From NCBI GenBank assembly GCA_965227405.1, contig OZ245758.1, forward strand, positions 1,513,693 to 1,577,692: a stretch of DNA of 64,000 bases. The letters are read 5' to 3'. The translations under genes were made by a program, and so were the position numbers. Position 1 is the stretch's first letter, and every line of letters begins with the position of its first letter. The DNA is from Polyangiales bacterium (lineage in GTDB: Bacteria; Myxococcota_A; Polyangia; Polyangiales; Houyiibacteriaceae). Of the stretch, positions 19,031 through 29,018 are shown one piece after another. The notes beneath the pieces are model-generated. The model ran no database searches. It was not told the origin of the DNA and was given only the letters and a program-made list of their open reading frames with translations.

Positions 19031-19627
19031 CTACTCCTCAGGCTCTTCAGGTGTATCCAGTCGAAGCTCGTGTTCCTCGGCAACCGGCTCAGGAACGCCG
19101 GGCTTAGGACGAGCGACCACGACCATCGCTGCACGAAGCAAACGCCCCTGCAGCAGATAGCCTGGAACAACCTCAGCCATGATGGTTCCCGCCGTGTGCT
19201 CGGCAGTCTCCACCTGTTGAACCGCATCATGAACGTTCGGATCGAACTGTGATCCCACAGCCTCGACCCTCGTGATCCCCATTCGTTCACTGATGTCTTG
19301 AAAACCGCGAAGCACCATCTTCACGCCATCGGCCACAGCTTGCACGTCCACCGCAGATCCGGCGGCAGCCACAGCACGTTCGAGATTGTCGATGATGGGT
19401 AAGATCTCGCGGACCGCATCTTCCTTGGCTCGACGTCGAACATCTTCGAGATCACGCCTGGTGCGCTTCCGAAAATTGTCGAAATCCGCTGCCGTACGAA
19501 GCAGTTGGTCGCGCAGCTTCTCTCGCTCTTCGATCAACGCCGCGACATCGACCTCGAGAGCTGCCGGCTCCGCATCCTGAGGCGCTTCTGCGCCTGTCTC
19601 TTCTTCGATGATCTCTTCCTCGCTCAA
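19031..19627 (-). CDS. grpE: Nucleotide exchange factor GrpE
   Basis: Acidic N-terminus and a coiled coil. 'RTAADFDNFRKRTRRD' is a GrpE signature. Located immediately upstream of dnaK. Confidence 0.9.
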   Translation of the reverse strand: MSEEEIIEEETGAEAPQDAEPAALEVDVAALIEEREKLRDQLLRTAADFDNFRKRTRRDLEDVRRRAKEDAVREILPIIDNLERAVAAAGSAVDVQAVADGVKMVLRGFQDISERMGITRVEAVGSQFDPNVHDAVQQVETAEHTAGTIMAEVVPGYLLQGRLLRAAMVVVARPKPGVPEPVAEEHELRLDTPEEPEE

Positions 19628-19722
19628 CGCCAGGCCCCCTTGGGAGAAGCGAGGTTATGACGAAAAAGTCCGTGGTTTCAACAATAAGGCAGGTTCTGAG
19701 AGCGAATCGGAGTCGCGTGGTC

Positions 19723-20757
19723 CTAATCCGAGTCGTCGTCCTGCCCCTGGAGGACTTCGCTCATCACCTTTGCTGTAAATCCGACCAGGGGAACGACCTT
19801 GCCGTAGTCCATCCGTGTCGGGCCGATGATACCGATACTGCCGGCTGCACCGGTGCTTTCGTAGGGCGTGCTGACAACACTCACGTCTGTGACATCTTCG
19901 AGTCGCGTCTCTGCACCGATCAACACCCGCACCCCGCCGGACATGAGCGTGCCTTGGAGCAGTTCGAGAAGACGCTCTTTGTCGTCCAGTGCTTTGAGGT
20001 AGCGCCGGATCTTGTCGGCATCGACGAACTCAGGCCGGTCGAAAAGTCTGCCCTGCCCTTCGATCACCATCTTGGCGGGCGTGGTCTCGTTCATCACCGC
20101 AGCGATGATCGCTCGCGCATCTTCTGCGACGTCTCGTTGTTGCTCCATCTCTTTGGCGAGCGAGTCACGCATCCCCACCAGACTGGAGGCTCCGTCCTGC
20201 AGCGCCTCGGCGAGCAGGTTGTTCACGCGCTCGAGTTGCCGTTCGTCCACGGGGTCATCCACGCGAACCACCCGGTTCTGAATCGCGCCGGTCGTGGTCA
20301 CGAGCACGGCCAAGAGCTGACCTTCGCGCAGGGGCATGAAGCGCAACTGGGCGAGACGTTCTTCCTCGGGTCGCGGGGCTGTGATCAACGCTGCTGCACC
20401 CGTCAGTGCGCTCAGCAGCTCGCCCGCTTCTTTGAGCACATCGGTGCCCGGCTCCAGATTTTTGAGCCGCTGGAGGATCGCGGTCCGATCATCGGCTGGA
20501 ACTTCGCGCATCTGAACGAGCGCATCCACGAACACTCGGAAGCCCTTGTCGGTGGGAACCCGCCCTGCCGAGGTATGCGGTTGTGCGAGAAAACCTGCGT
20601 CTTCGAGATCGGAGAGCACGTTGCGAATCGTGGCGGGGCTCAGTTCGATTCCGTAGCCCTTGGCAAGTCGCCGCGATCCCACGGGTTCACCGGTCGCGAT
20701 GTACTCGGTGATCGTCGCGTACAGGATGCGTCGCGTGCGATAGGTCAGCTCCGCCAC
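19723..20757 (-). CDS. hrcA: Heat-inducible transcription repressor HrcA
   Basis: 'LTYRTRRILYATITEYIATGEPVGSRRLA' is the HrcA wHTH. 344 aa. GTG start. Position upstream of grpE-dnaK. Confidence 0.9.
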   Translation of the reverse strand: MAELTYRTRRILYATITEYIATGEPVGSRRLAKGYGIELSPATIRNVLSDLEDAGFLAQPHTSAGRVPTDKGFRVFVDALVQMREVPADDRTAILQRLKNLEPGTDVLKEAGELLSALTGAAALITAPRPEEERLAQLRFMPLREGQLLAVLVTTTGAIQNRVVRVDDPVDERQLERVNNLLAEALQDGASSLVGMRDSLAKEMEQQRDVAEDARAIIAAVMNETTPAKMVIEGQGRLFDRPEFVDADKIRRYLKALDDKERLLELLQGTLMSGGVRVLIGAETRLEDVTDVSVVSTPYESTGAAGSIGIIGPTRMDYGKVVPLVGFTAKVMSEVLQGQDDDSD

Positions 20758-20838
20758 GGGTCGACAGGTTAGCAGACGATTCGGTCAACGTATGGTTGGT
20801 GTGGTTTCCGGGTCAGCAAGGGCGAGGGACACTGATGC

Positions 20839-22320
20839 ATGCGCTGGACCTTGGCTCTGCTCCTGCTGGGAGCTTGCGATTGCTCTTCGGGGTCCGATCC
20901 CGTCGACGCTGCGACGCGTGATGTAGAGCGCGTCGACGTTCCGTTTCGCGACGCAACCGTCACCCCGATTCCCGGAGAGGGAGAGTGTGCGTGGGAGCCC
21001 GGTGAACGCCCCGTCGTTGAGTTGCCTCCGGAACACTCCAACACCTACGAGCTGGAACTCGAACGCTGGAACATTGACAACGACTCGGGCGATCCCGTCG
21101 AAACACGCACGCGCATGAACGAAGCCATCGCGTGGGCGACCGACAACGGTTTTGACCACATTGTCGTTCCCGCAGGCACGTACCTGGTGGGCGAGCCCAC
21201 GACCGACAACTACGCAGGCGGTATCGAGCTTCCCGGAGACATGACGCTCGAACTGGATGACGCGGTGATCGAGATGGCCACCAACGACCGCTGGAACTAC
21301 TGCGTGGTCTCGCTGCAGGGCAACAGCAACATCACGGTCCGAGGCGGAACGATCCGTGGCGACCGCGACACCCACATCTTTGAAGGCGATGGCGCCCACG
21401 ACGAGGGTCACGGGATCTGCGCGTGGACCTCGGTGTCGCACGTGCTGATCGAAGACATCGAGCTCGAGCAGCTCACGGGCGACGGCGTTCTCGTGCTGGG
21501 AAGACGCGGCGAAGACCCCGAACCCGACGTTCCCTCCACCCACGTCACCATTCGCAACAGCGAGATCCACCACAACCGGCGACAAGGCGTCTCGATCGTC
21601 GGCGGGCATTTCGTCGCCGTCGAGAACAACCACATCCACCACATCGCCGGGACTTCACCGCAGTTTGGCATCGACATCGAAGGTGCAGGGCGAACCGACC
21701 GCGACATCACCATTCGCGGCAACGTCTTTCACGACAACGCGGGTGGCGACATCGTCACCTCGACGGGTCGGAACGTGTGGATCGAGGAAAACACCATGAC
21801 CCAGTGCGGGGTCGACGCCGCGGGCAACTTCGACCCCGACGCACCGTGCGAACTGGAAGAACAGGTCGATGGCCCGATCGTGATTTGGAAGGAAACCGAC
21901 AACGTGATCGTGAACAACACGATTCGAATGTCGCTCCGAACCGTCAACGGATTCTGGGGAATCATCGGATACACAGGTCGGGACGGACCGGTTCGCGAAA
22001 ACCCCGTCGGCAACCTCATCGCCAGCAACACCTTCCACGGCGCGGGGATTCACATGGCGCACAACATGCGAACCGTCATCCGTGACAACACCATCGATGA
22101 TGGGTTGATCCTTGGTTTCCGGTTGGCGTGCACGCGACTCGAAAACAACCGCATCAACCGCACCAGCTCGGAGAACTACAAACTGCGCGACGTCGCGGGT
22201 GTGGCCGAAGGCAACATTCTCAACCGAACCGAAGGCTTCCCCGCTGAAGAGGACATCGAAATGCACTTTCCGATGGCCGACGACGCTCCGTACCGCAACT
22301 CGTCACCGGTGTTCTGGTAA
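20839..22320 (+). CDS. Right-handed parallel beta-helix (pectate-lyase-fold) lipoprotein
   Basis: 'LLLGACDCSSG' lipobox. Repeated 'NxxIxxNxI / IRGN / ENN' beta-helix rungs such as 'VTIRNSEIHHNRRQGVSIVGGHFVAVENNHIHH'. Confidence 0.7.
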   Translation: MRWTLALLLLGACDCSSGSDPVDAATRDVERVDVPFRDATVTPIPGEGECAWEPGERPVVELPPEHSNTYELELERWNIDNDSGDPVETRTRMNEAIAWATDNGFDHIVVPAGTYLVGEPTTDNYAGGIELPGDMTLELDDAVIEMATNDRWNYCVVSLQGNSNITVRGGTIRGDRDTHIFEGDGAHDEGHGICAWTSVSHVLIEDIELEQLTGDGVLVLGRRGEDPEPDVPSTHVTIRNSEIHHNRRQGVSIVGGHFVAVENNHIHHIAGTSPQFGIDIEGAGRTDRDITIRGNVFHDNAGGDIVTSTGRNVWIEENTMTQCGVDAAGNFDPDAPCELEEQVDGPIVIWKETDNVIVNNTIRMSLRTVNGFWGIIGYTGRDGPVRENPVGNLIASNTFHGAGIHMAHNMRTVIRDNTIDDGLILGFRLACTRLENNRINRTSSENYKLRDVAGVAEGNILNRTEGFPAEEDIEMHFPMADDAPYRNSSPVFW

Positions 22321-23087
22321 TGCGTGCTCTCATTCTCGCAGGCGCCCTCTTCGGGCTGACGTTGGCTGGGCTCCTTCACGAGCCCACGGACGCGCTCGAG
22401 CCCCTTACGGACCATGTGGGCCAACCCTCGTGTCCAACGGATGGCGCTGCCATGCTGCGTGTTCCCGAGGGCTTCTGCATCGACACCACGGAAGTCTCAC
22501 GTGCGCATTACGCAGCGTGGTTAGAGACGTCTCCACCAGCTCAAGATGGCGAGTGCGCCGACAACACGAGCTTCGAACCAACCTGTCAGTGGGATGGATC
22601 GGGCGACGACCAGCCCGTGGTGTGCGTGGACTGGTGCGACGCCAAAGCGTACTGCGAAGGCGTCGGCAAGCGGCTGTGCGGCGCAATCGATGGTGGAGCC
22701 AGCGAGATCACGCAGTACGACGATGCCGAAAGCAACGAGTGGTTCGCAGCCTGCAGCTCTGGCGGACAATACGAGTACACCTACGGCGACGAACTCGACA
22801 CGACGACCTGTCGCGGCGCCGATGCCGAAGACCACACCACCTGGGGCGTCGCGGACGTGGGCAGTTTTGCAGACTGTGAATCACCGGACTCGGCGTACGC
22901 GGGCATCTATGATCTGAGCGGGCATGTCGCGGAGTGGGAGAACTCTTGCGAGGACGGCGCCTGCCGGATCCGAGGCGGCAGCTACCAACATCACGCACAC
23001 GGGTTGCGATGCGCGATGGGTGAACGACTGCTTTGGCCCCGCGAGCGAACGGTCCGCGCGGTCGGCATTCGATGTTGCGCCAACTGA
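22320..23087 (+). CDS. FGE-sulfatase (SUMF1/EgtB/PvdO) domain protein, secreted
   Basis: 'TEVSRAHYAAWL', 'AKAYCEGVGKRLC' and 'YDLSGHVAEWE' match FGE-domain motifs. Signal peptide present. TAATG overlap with the upstream beta-helix gene. Confidence 0.7.
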   Translation: MRALILAGALFGLTLAGLLHEPTDALEPLTDHVGQPSCPTDGAAMLRVPEGFCIDTTEVSRAHYAAWLETSPPAQDGECADNTSFEPTCQWDGSGDDQPVVCVDWCDAKAYCEGVGKRLCGAIDGGASEITQYDDAESNEWFAACSSGGQYEYTYGDELDTTTCRGADAEDHTTWGVADVGSFADCESPDSAYAGIYDLSGHVAEWENSCEDGACRIRGGSYQHHAHGLRCAMGERLLWPRERTVRAVGIRCCAN

Positions 23088-23092
23088 GCTGA

Positions 23093-23395
23093 CTACTCAG
23101 GGAACTGAAACACGATCTCGTCGTCGCGGATCATTCCTAGTTCATCGCGTGCGACCTGCTCGATCGCGGCAGGATCTCGACGGAGTGCGTCGACCTCTTG
23201 CTGCAGAGCGCGAACCTCCCGTCTCAGCCGCTCGTTGCGGGCATCGACTTGCTGAAGCTCGGTCTTGAGGACCCGATAACGAGGGAGTCCACGCTCGTCG
23301 AGGATGCGCAAAGGCACCGCGACGATCGCCATCACCAAAAGGGCAAAGGGAAGCACCCAGGCCGCCGTGGTTCCAAACCGGCGCACGTTGAGCAT
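23093..23395 (-). CDS. FtsB/DivIC-like septum formation initiator (cell division)
   Basis: One N-terminal TM helix 'AAWVLPFALLVMAIVAV' is followed by a Leu-zipper coiled coil 'LQQVDARNERLRREVRALQQEVDALRRDPAAIEQVARDELGMI'. The long 198-aa form in the ORF track is rejected as unlikely. Confidence 0.5.
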   Translation of the reverse strand: MLNVRRFGTTAAWVLPFALLVMAIVAVPLRILDERGLPRYRVLKTELQQVDARNERLRREVRALQQEVDALRRDPAAIEQVARDELGMIRDDEIVFQFPE

Positions 23396-23486
23396 CCTGC
23401 GGCGAACGCGGGGCGCCACGCCAATAATCGACATGCGCTCTTTTTTTGCGCACTTGGTGCTGTGTCCGTACCACCAAGGGGAGATG

Positions 23487-25583
23487 TCGCTGGTCGCCAC
23501 CACGCTGAAGGTGCGCAAGACGATACGGGCCACGTACGGTCTGCTCGTCGCCGCTGCTATTGGTGGGCTTGTCCTGATCGGTGTGTTCAGCAAACCGATT
23601 GAGGAGCTACATCTCGAGCATCTCGTCGTGGGCCTGGCCTGGATCAGCGTGATGGCCACGCGTCTGACGCACCGATCACGTCTGCTCAAGCGCGATAGCG
23701 GTCCGGGCGTGGTCGATCTGGAGATTGGCGCGTTGCTGATCGTCGCAAGTCACGCCGCAGTGCAAATCGCCGGTGGGTTGTCGAGCGCAATCTATCCGGT
23801 CGTGTACGTCGTGATCGCACTCTTGGCGTCGTTCGCCGCCCGACCCTTCGGAAGCGCGTTGGTCGGCATTGCGGTGGCCTTCGAAGCGTCGGTGCACATT
23901 CTTGCCGAAGGGCGACTGACCGACTGGGAGCCTTTGCTGCTGCACACCGCGTTCATCGTGTGCTTCGGGATGATGAGCCTGCTCTTCACCCGCGCCGAGA
24001 TCGCTCGCGTGCGCGAACACTCCAAGCGCGAGTTGGAGACCGACCGCGCGCGCATCAAAGAAGAGAGCCGAATGTTCCGGCTGGTCTCTGCCCCTTCGGT
24101 GGATGGAGTGAGCGACGAAGAACGCTTGGTTCGTTCGAGCATCGAAGAGGTACGGCACCAGGTCTACCACGTACTTCAGTTGCTCCATCGCACGCTGGGA
24201 CTGCACACGTGTGTGCTTCTGATGCGCGAAGAGAACGATCAGTTGCGGATTGTGGAGCTGGTCACCCAAACGGCGGACATCGCCGAAGGTCCCTTTGATT
24301 CGGGCGAAGGCGTCGTCGGCGCGATCATCAAGCGCAAGATGGCCATGAAGTTGGAGAACCTGAAGTCCACGTACGGCGGCATTTGCTACTACGACGGCGG
24401 TTCACCGGCACGCAGCTTTCTCGGTGTCCCGATTCTGGATGGCGGCGTGGTGCGGGGAGTCCTCTGTGCAGACCGCATCGACGAGACGCCGTTCACCGAA
24501 CGCGAAGAGTCGGCGCTTGAAGCTTCGATTCTGCATGTGCTTCGCGCATTGGAAAACGAGCGTGTGTTTGTTCAGTTGGAACGAACCAAGCGTGAACAAA
24601 CCGTGCTTCACCACGCGTCGCAGAAACTTGGTGGCGCACTCGACGAAGACGCGGTGCTCGACGCCGGTCTCGAAGCGGCTGAAGCAATTGCCTCATTCGA
24701 TTTTGCGGCGGTGACGTTCTACACGCCCAAGACGCGCAAACACCGGGTGTCGCGCGCTGTGGGTCATGCCGCCGACACGTTTTCGGGTCTGACGTTTTCC
24801 GACAACACGTCGTTGACCGCGATGGCCGTGAAGAACCGGCACTATCTTCCCTACCGCGGCACCTTCGATGCGCGGCAACAGGTGGTGTTCACCAAACGCA
24901 TGAACCTGCGTGGAATGAAGTCGCTGCTGATTCTGCCGCTCGTGGTGCGTGAGGACGCGATCGGTACGTTGATCTTGGCGGCCCGACGCCACAATGCGTT
25001 TGGCGATGCGGTGCGACCCACACTTCAGGTGTTGGCCAACCAGCTGGCGATCTCGCTTTCGAACGCACACGCGGTAAAGCGCCTGGAAGAGATGGCGACC
25101 ACCGATGGTCTGACCGGGTGTCTCAACAAGCGCGCGTTCTTGGATGAGCTCAGCCGACGTCTTCGTTCGGCCGCACGTTTTGGACGCAAGCTTTCCCTGA
25201 TCGTCACCGATATCGATCACTTCAAGAGCGTCAACGACACCTACGGGCATGCGACGGGTGACGTGGTCATCAAGGAGCTCGGGGCGATTCTGCGGCGCGT
25301 CAAACGTGAGACCGACGTGGTGGCTCGGTTTGGCGGCGAAGAGTTCTGTGTGCTCTGCGAGGAGACCGACACAACAGGTGCGCGACTTCTCGCGGAGCGA
25401 ATTCGAGAAGAGCTGGGCAAGTCGGTGTTCCACTCGGAGCTGGGTAAGCTGAGCGTGACCGCCTCACTGGGTGTCGCCACGTTCCCGGACCATGCGGAAA
25501 ACGAAGAAGACCTGTTCGAGGCAAGCGACAAAGCGCTCTACGCCGCGAAGCATGGCGGTCGCGACCAAGTCCGCGCGGCGTAG
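23487..25583 (+). CDS. Membrane sensor diguanylate cyclase (multi-TM N-terminus, GAF region, GGDEF domain)
   Basis: 'RFGGEEFCVL' is a GGEEF active site. 'DIDHFKSVNDTYGHATGD' is the upstream GGDEF signature. About six hydrophobic helices lie in the N-terminal third. Start chosen at the ATG after 'AAGGGGAG'. Confidence 0.8.
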   Translation, partial: SLVATTLKVRKTIRATYGLLVAAAIGGLVLIGVFSKPIEELHLEHLVVGLAWISVMATRLTHRSRLLKRDSGPGVVDLEIGALLIVASHAAVQIAGGLSSAIYPVVYVVIALLASFAARPFGSALVGIAVAFEASVHILAEGRLTDWEPLLLHTAFIVCFGMMSLLFTRAEIARVREHSKRELETDRARIKEESRMFRLVSAPSVDGVSDEERLVRSSIEEVRHQVYHVLQLLHRTLGLHTCVLLMREENDQLRIVELVTQTADIAEGPFDSGEGVVGAIIKRKMAMKLENLKSTYGGICYYDGGSPARSFLGVPILDGGVVRGVLCADRIDETPFTEREESALEASILHVLRALENERVFVQLERTKREQTVLHHASQKLGGALDEDAVLDAGLEAAEAIASFDFAAVTFYTPKTRKHRVSRAVGHAADTFSGLTFSDNTSLTAMAVKNRHYLPYRGTFDARQQVVFTKRMNLRGMKSLLILPLVVREDAIGTLILAARRHNAFGDAVRPTLQVLANQLAISLSNAHAVKRLEEMATTDGLTGCLNKRAFLDELSRRLRSAARFGRKLSLIVTDIDHFKSVNDTYGHATGDVVIKELGAILRRVKRETDVVARFGGEEFCVLCEETDTTGARLLAERIREELGKSVFHSELGKLSVTASLGVATFPDHAENEEDLFEASDKALYAAKHGGRDQVRAA

Positions 25584-25647
25584 CTGAGCATCTTTCTCTT
25601 GACTCGTCTTAGCGATCGCCTGCCGCTCCAGGCGGTATACAATCGCC

Positions 25648-26976
25648 GTGGGCCAAGTGGAGTACGACCCCTTTAACGACGACGAGGACGACGACGACGT
25701 CACCCGGCTAGACGCGGGCCTCGGCGGAGCCGGAGAGGTCGACCTGCCCTTCTATCCGGCGCTCGCGCGTTGGGGTGGCTTCGACATCCTCGGTCGCATC
25801 GCCCAAGGCGGCATGGCCGAGATTTATCTCGCCCGCGATACGGCCGGCGGTTCCGTTCGCCACCTGGTGCTCAAGCGCATCCTCCCCGAGAAGGAAGCCG
25901 ACGCAGAGTTCATCCGCATGTTCCGCGCGGAAGCGCACATGGCGTCGCGGCTTTACCACGAGAACATCTGCCACGTGTTCGAGTGCGGCGAGGCCGAAGG
26001 CCAGACGTTCATGACCTTGGAGTTCGTGCACGGCATCACGCTCCGCAAGCTGCTGTCGCGTGCGCGTAGCCTGCCCAATCAAGCTCTGCCGCCGCGCGTT
26101 GCGGCCCACATCATTGGACGGATCGCGAGCGCGCTGCACTACATCCACCATGCGCGTGGTGTGCACGGGCGATCGCTGGGGATCATTCACCGCGACGTCA
26201 GCCCGCACAACATCATGATCTCGTACAGCGGTCGCGTGAAGCTGCTGGACTTTGGCATTGCGAAAACGACCAGTGGCGAGTCGCATACCCAAGCGGGTGT
26301 CATCAAAGGCAAGTTCAGTTACTTGTCGCCAGAACAGGTGCGCGGTGAAACGCTAGATGCCGGTTCGGACCAGTTTGCACTCGGTATCTGTTTCTACGAA
26401 ACGCTGACGGGACGACGTCTGTATCGGCGACGCGAACCGGTCATGGCGCTTCAAGCCATCACCGACGAGCCGGTACCTGTGTGCGCGAAAAAAGCTCCTT
26501 GGGTTCCGATCGAACTCGATCTGATCGTCCAGGAAATGCTGCAGAAAGATCGTGCTTCTCGCATGGAAAACCTGGCGGAAGTTGAATCGACGATCGACGC
26601 GTATCTGACGCGCACCGGAGGTCCTGTCAGTGCCGGGGAAGTGGCGTCGACGATCGACCTGCTCTTCGACAAGGAAGATCGCTCACCGCTGACGCAACAC
26701 TCCGCAAAGCTCACGGGTTCGTTTCCGGGCGATACCGGCTCGATGTCGATGGCCAGTGCCGTCCACACCGCGTCGATGGCCACACGCGAAGTCAAAAAGG
26801 CGAACGTTCTTTTGGAGCCGACCAAGACCGCTCCGGAAACGTTCGCGACGCCTCCGAAAAAGAAGAAGAAGAAACGCAAAAGAAAGAACCCCCAGACCAA
26901 GATTTGGGCGGGGGCTGCGATCTTCTTTCTGCTCGTGAACGCGGCAGTCGTCTACTACCTGTTTTTTACCGGTTAG
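25648..26976 (+). CDS. Hanks-type Ser/Thr protein kinase with C-terminal TM anchor
   Basis: 'GRIAQGGMAEIYLA...VLKRI' (Gly loop/Lys), 'IIHRDVSPHNIM' (catalytic loop), 'DFG' and 'SPEQ'. Lys-rich juxtamembrane stretch plus TM helix at the C-terminus. Confidence 0.85.
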   Translation: MGQVEYDPFNDDEDDDDVTRLDAGLGGAGEVDLPFYPALARWGGFDILGRIAQGGMAEIYLARDTAGGSVRHLVLKRILPEKEADAEFIRMFRAEAHMASRLYHENICHVFECGEAEGQTFMTLEFVHGITLRKLLSRARSLPNQALPPRVAAHIIGRIASALHYIHHARGVHGRSLGIIHRDVSPHNIMISYSGRVKLLDFGIAKTTSGESHTQAGVIKGKFSYLSPEQVRGETLDAGSDQFALGICFYETLTGRRLYRRREPVMALQAITDEPVPVCAKKAPWVPIELDLIVQEMLQKDRASRMENLAEVESTIDAYLTRTGGPVSAGEVASTIDLLFDKEDRSPLTQHSAKLTGSFPGDTGSMSMASAVHTASMATREVKKANVLLEPTKTAPETFATPPKKKKKKRKRKNPQTKIWAGAAIFFLLVNAAVVYYLFFTG

Positions 26977-26978
26977 CT

Positions 26979-27869
26979 CTACCGGTTCGTTCGGCTCGCG
27001 AACGATCCCATGTGCGGGGCCCAGACCAGAGGGTCGGCAGGAGCACGGTTGGACACCAGGACCGGGTGCGCCCGGGTGACAACCGGCGTGACAACCGGCG
27101 TCACGACGGGTCGCGGAGTCACAACTGGGCGAACGACAGGACGTACGACGACCGGGGTTGGGACGACCATCGCGTCACCGTGCGCAAGAACGGCCGCAAA
27201 CTGCGGAATCCCGTTGGCGCGACGGTACGCCATCAACGTGTCGACGGCTTGGTCGAGACTGCGATCGGCGTTGCGGATGAGTGTCTGCTCGATCTCGCGG
27301 AAGCGGCTCTGAAGACGGCGCACTTCGGTGTCCTCGATTTGCTGGAAGTTCGGCTCTTCGGGCTCGTCCTCGATGTGGAAATAGGGCTCTTGGATCATGT
27401 CGATCTCCGCTTGCGTGAACCCACTCGAGAGCATCCACCGGTAGAGAGGTCCGTCGTTGACCGTGACGAGCCGGAGGAAGTTGTCACGTGCTGCCGTCTC
27501 ACGAACGAGCGGAAGCACGCCGTCTTCGGCCATCAGGTTTGCAGCGGCGCAGATGTGTCCCTCGTCGTCGATGAACACGTTGAGCATTCCCGGCCGGACG
27601 TGGTTCTGCGGGAACTCGCCGGCGTCACGGTACGCAACGAAGCGCGCGAGGTTGGTGGCGCGACGCTGCGCGAGTTGAGCGCGAAGGCGTTCGCGTTGCG
27701 TGGGTGCAATCGCCCGTCCGTTGGGAACGACCGGCATCACACGCACGGGTGTTGGAGCGACAAGAGGCCGACCTTGATCCGCGGGTTGCCAAACGCCGAC
27801 ACCTTGTGCAGAGGCGGCCGACGTCAGCAGCGTGAGGAAGAGGAGACTGAGGAGGGACTTGCGGGGCAT
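26979..27869 (-). CDS. Secreted hypothetical protein with C-terminal (PVVT/PVVR) repeats
   Basis: Signal peptide 'LLSLLFLTLLTSAASAQG'. C-terminal 'PVVVRPVVRPVVTPRPVVTPVVTPVVT'. Confidence 0.5.
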   Translation of the reverse strand: MPRKSLLSLLFLTLLTSAASAQGVGVWQPADQGRPLVAPTPVRVMPVVPNGRAIAPTQRERLRAQLAQRRATNLARFVAYRDAGEFPQNHVRPGMLNVFIDDEGHICAAANLMAEDGVLPLVRETAARDNFLRLVTVNDGPLYRWMLSSGFTQAEIDMIQEPYFHIEDEPEEPNFQQIEDTEVRRLQSRFREIEQTLIRNADRSLDQAVDTLMAYRRANGIPQFAAVLAHGDAMVVPTPVVVRPVVRPVVTPRPVVTPVVTPVVTRAHPVLVSNRAPADPLVWAPHMGSFASRTNR

Positions 27870-28094
27870 GAAAGTACCGACGCATCAGCACGGCCGATGG
27901 TCTGGTTTTTTTCTCGCCACGCGAAGACGATCACGGAAACGACGATCCATGCGCGGGCGTAACGGCCCGGAGCGGCGTCAAAACTTGCTGAATTCGCGGC
28001 GTTTTCCATTCGTCACCCTGGGTCCACGCACGGTCCCTATCAAAAACACACCTCAGCACTTCTCGTCGCCCGCATTTCCCCTAAGGTCCCCCGC

Positions 28095-29018
28095 ATGGCT
28101 CAAGATCCCAAGCGGCGCGTACCTCGACGCCGCGTTGTCACGCCGGCGAAGCCAGGGTTCGCCAAGGCTCTGTCCGGCATCGGTCTCATTCTCGTAGGCG
28201 GCACCGTCGTCGCGATGGCTCACGTGTTGGGGGGAACGAACGCGTTCACTCCGCCGGGTCACGAAGGCTACGTCTACCACCAGCCTCTCGCGATCGGTCA
28301 GCGCGAGTTCGTCGAGACGCAGCAAGGTCCGACGTCCACTGGATGGCGTTGGCGGCAGTACGCGACCAACATCGATATGCGCGTCAATACGTACTCCGAG
28401 CAGATGAACATCTTCTCGCGCGACAACCTCGAAGTCAGCTTCGAGGCGCACGCGCGCATTCGGCTCAAGGACGGCAGCGTGCAGCAGATTGTCGAGCGGT
28501 ACAGTGCCGAAGATTGGTACGCCAACAACGTGCGTCGTCCCTACCGCACTGCGGTTCGCGAGATCGTGCGTCAGCAAGACGCGTTCGTGATCAAAGACTC
28601 GAGCGAGGAAATCGCCCAACAGATTCTCGAGCGACTTCGAGAGGAGTACACGGACACTCCGTTCGAATACCTCTCCATGTCGATCGGTAACATCAACTAC
28701 CCCGCATCGGTGGAGCAGCGTGTTGTGGCGAACCTGGCTGCGGAGCAGCGCCGCCAACGCATGGAAGTTCAAGAGCAGATCGCTCAAGCCCAAGCCGAGA
28801 TTCGCGAGATTCGCGCACGTGGTGAAGCCGAGGCTCAACAGCTCGAGCAGGCCACCCTGACGCCGCTTTTTGTTCAACACGAAGCCGCAGAGCTGTATCG
28901 AACGCTCGCGGACGAAACCAACGACGACAACGGCGTGGCGCAAGCACGCGTTGTGGTGGTCGTTCCCACGCGCACCGACCGTGCTGGTGTTCCCCGTATC
29001 TACGAAGGAGGCCGCTGA
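28095..29018 (+). CDS. SPFH (band 7 / HflK-HflC-like) domain protein, N-terminal TM anchor
   Basis: TM 'GIGLILVGGTVVAMA'. Core 'IFSRDNLEVSFEAHARIRL' aligns with the stomatin/prohibitin 'ITKDNVTVSVDAVVYYRV'. C-terminal coiled coil 'AAEQRRQRMEVQEQIAQAQAEIREIRARGEAEAQ'. Confidence 0.65.
   Translation: MAQDPKRRVPRRRVVTPAKPGFAKALSGIGLILVGGTVVAMAHVLGGTNAFTPPGHEGYVYHQPLAIGQREFVETQQGPTSTGWRWRQYATNIDMRVNTYSEQMNIFSRDNLEVSFEAHARIRLKDGSVQQIVERYSAEDWYANNVRRPYRTAVREIVRQQDAFVIKDSSEEIAQQILERLREEYTDTPFEYLSMSIGNINYPASVEQRVVANLAAEQRRQRMEVQEQIAQAQAEIREIRARGEAEAQQLEQATLTPLFVQHEAAELYRTLADETNDDNGVAQARVVVVVPTRTDRAGVPRIYEGGR

Noticed and set aside
20758-20838. Expected a CIRCE operator (TTAGCACTC-N9-GAGTGCTAA) upstream of hrcA-grpE-dnaK
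   Set aside because: Only a weak half-site-like 'GTCTGCTAA' is present on the hrcA strand, with no partner half-site at the correct spacing. No CIRCE is called here; the element may sit at groESL instead.
23093-23689. 198-aa form of the FtsB-like ORF
   Set aside because: The N-terminal 98 residues are Arg/Ser/Cys-rich with no similarity to FtsB and would overlap the divergent cyclase gene's promoter region. The 100-aa form beginning 'MLNVRRFG' matches the FtsB family size and topology.
25584-25647. Looked for an operonic link, or a kinase partner, for the two Ser/Thr kinases (FHA or PP2C genes adjacent)
   Set aside because: Neither FHA-domain nor PP2C phosphatase genes were recognised next to either kinase. 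They are reported as stand-alone kinases.
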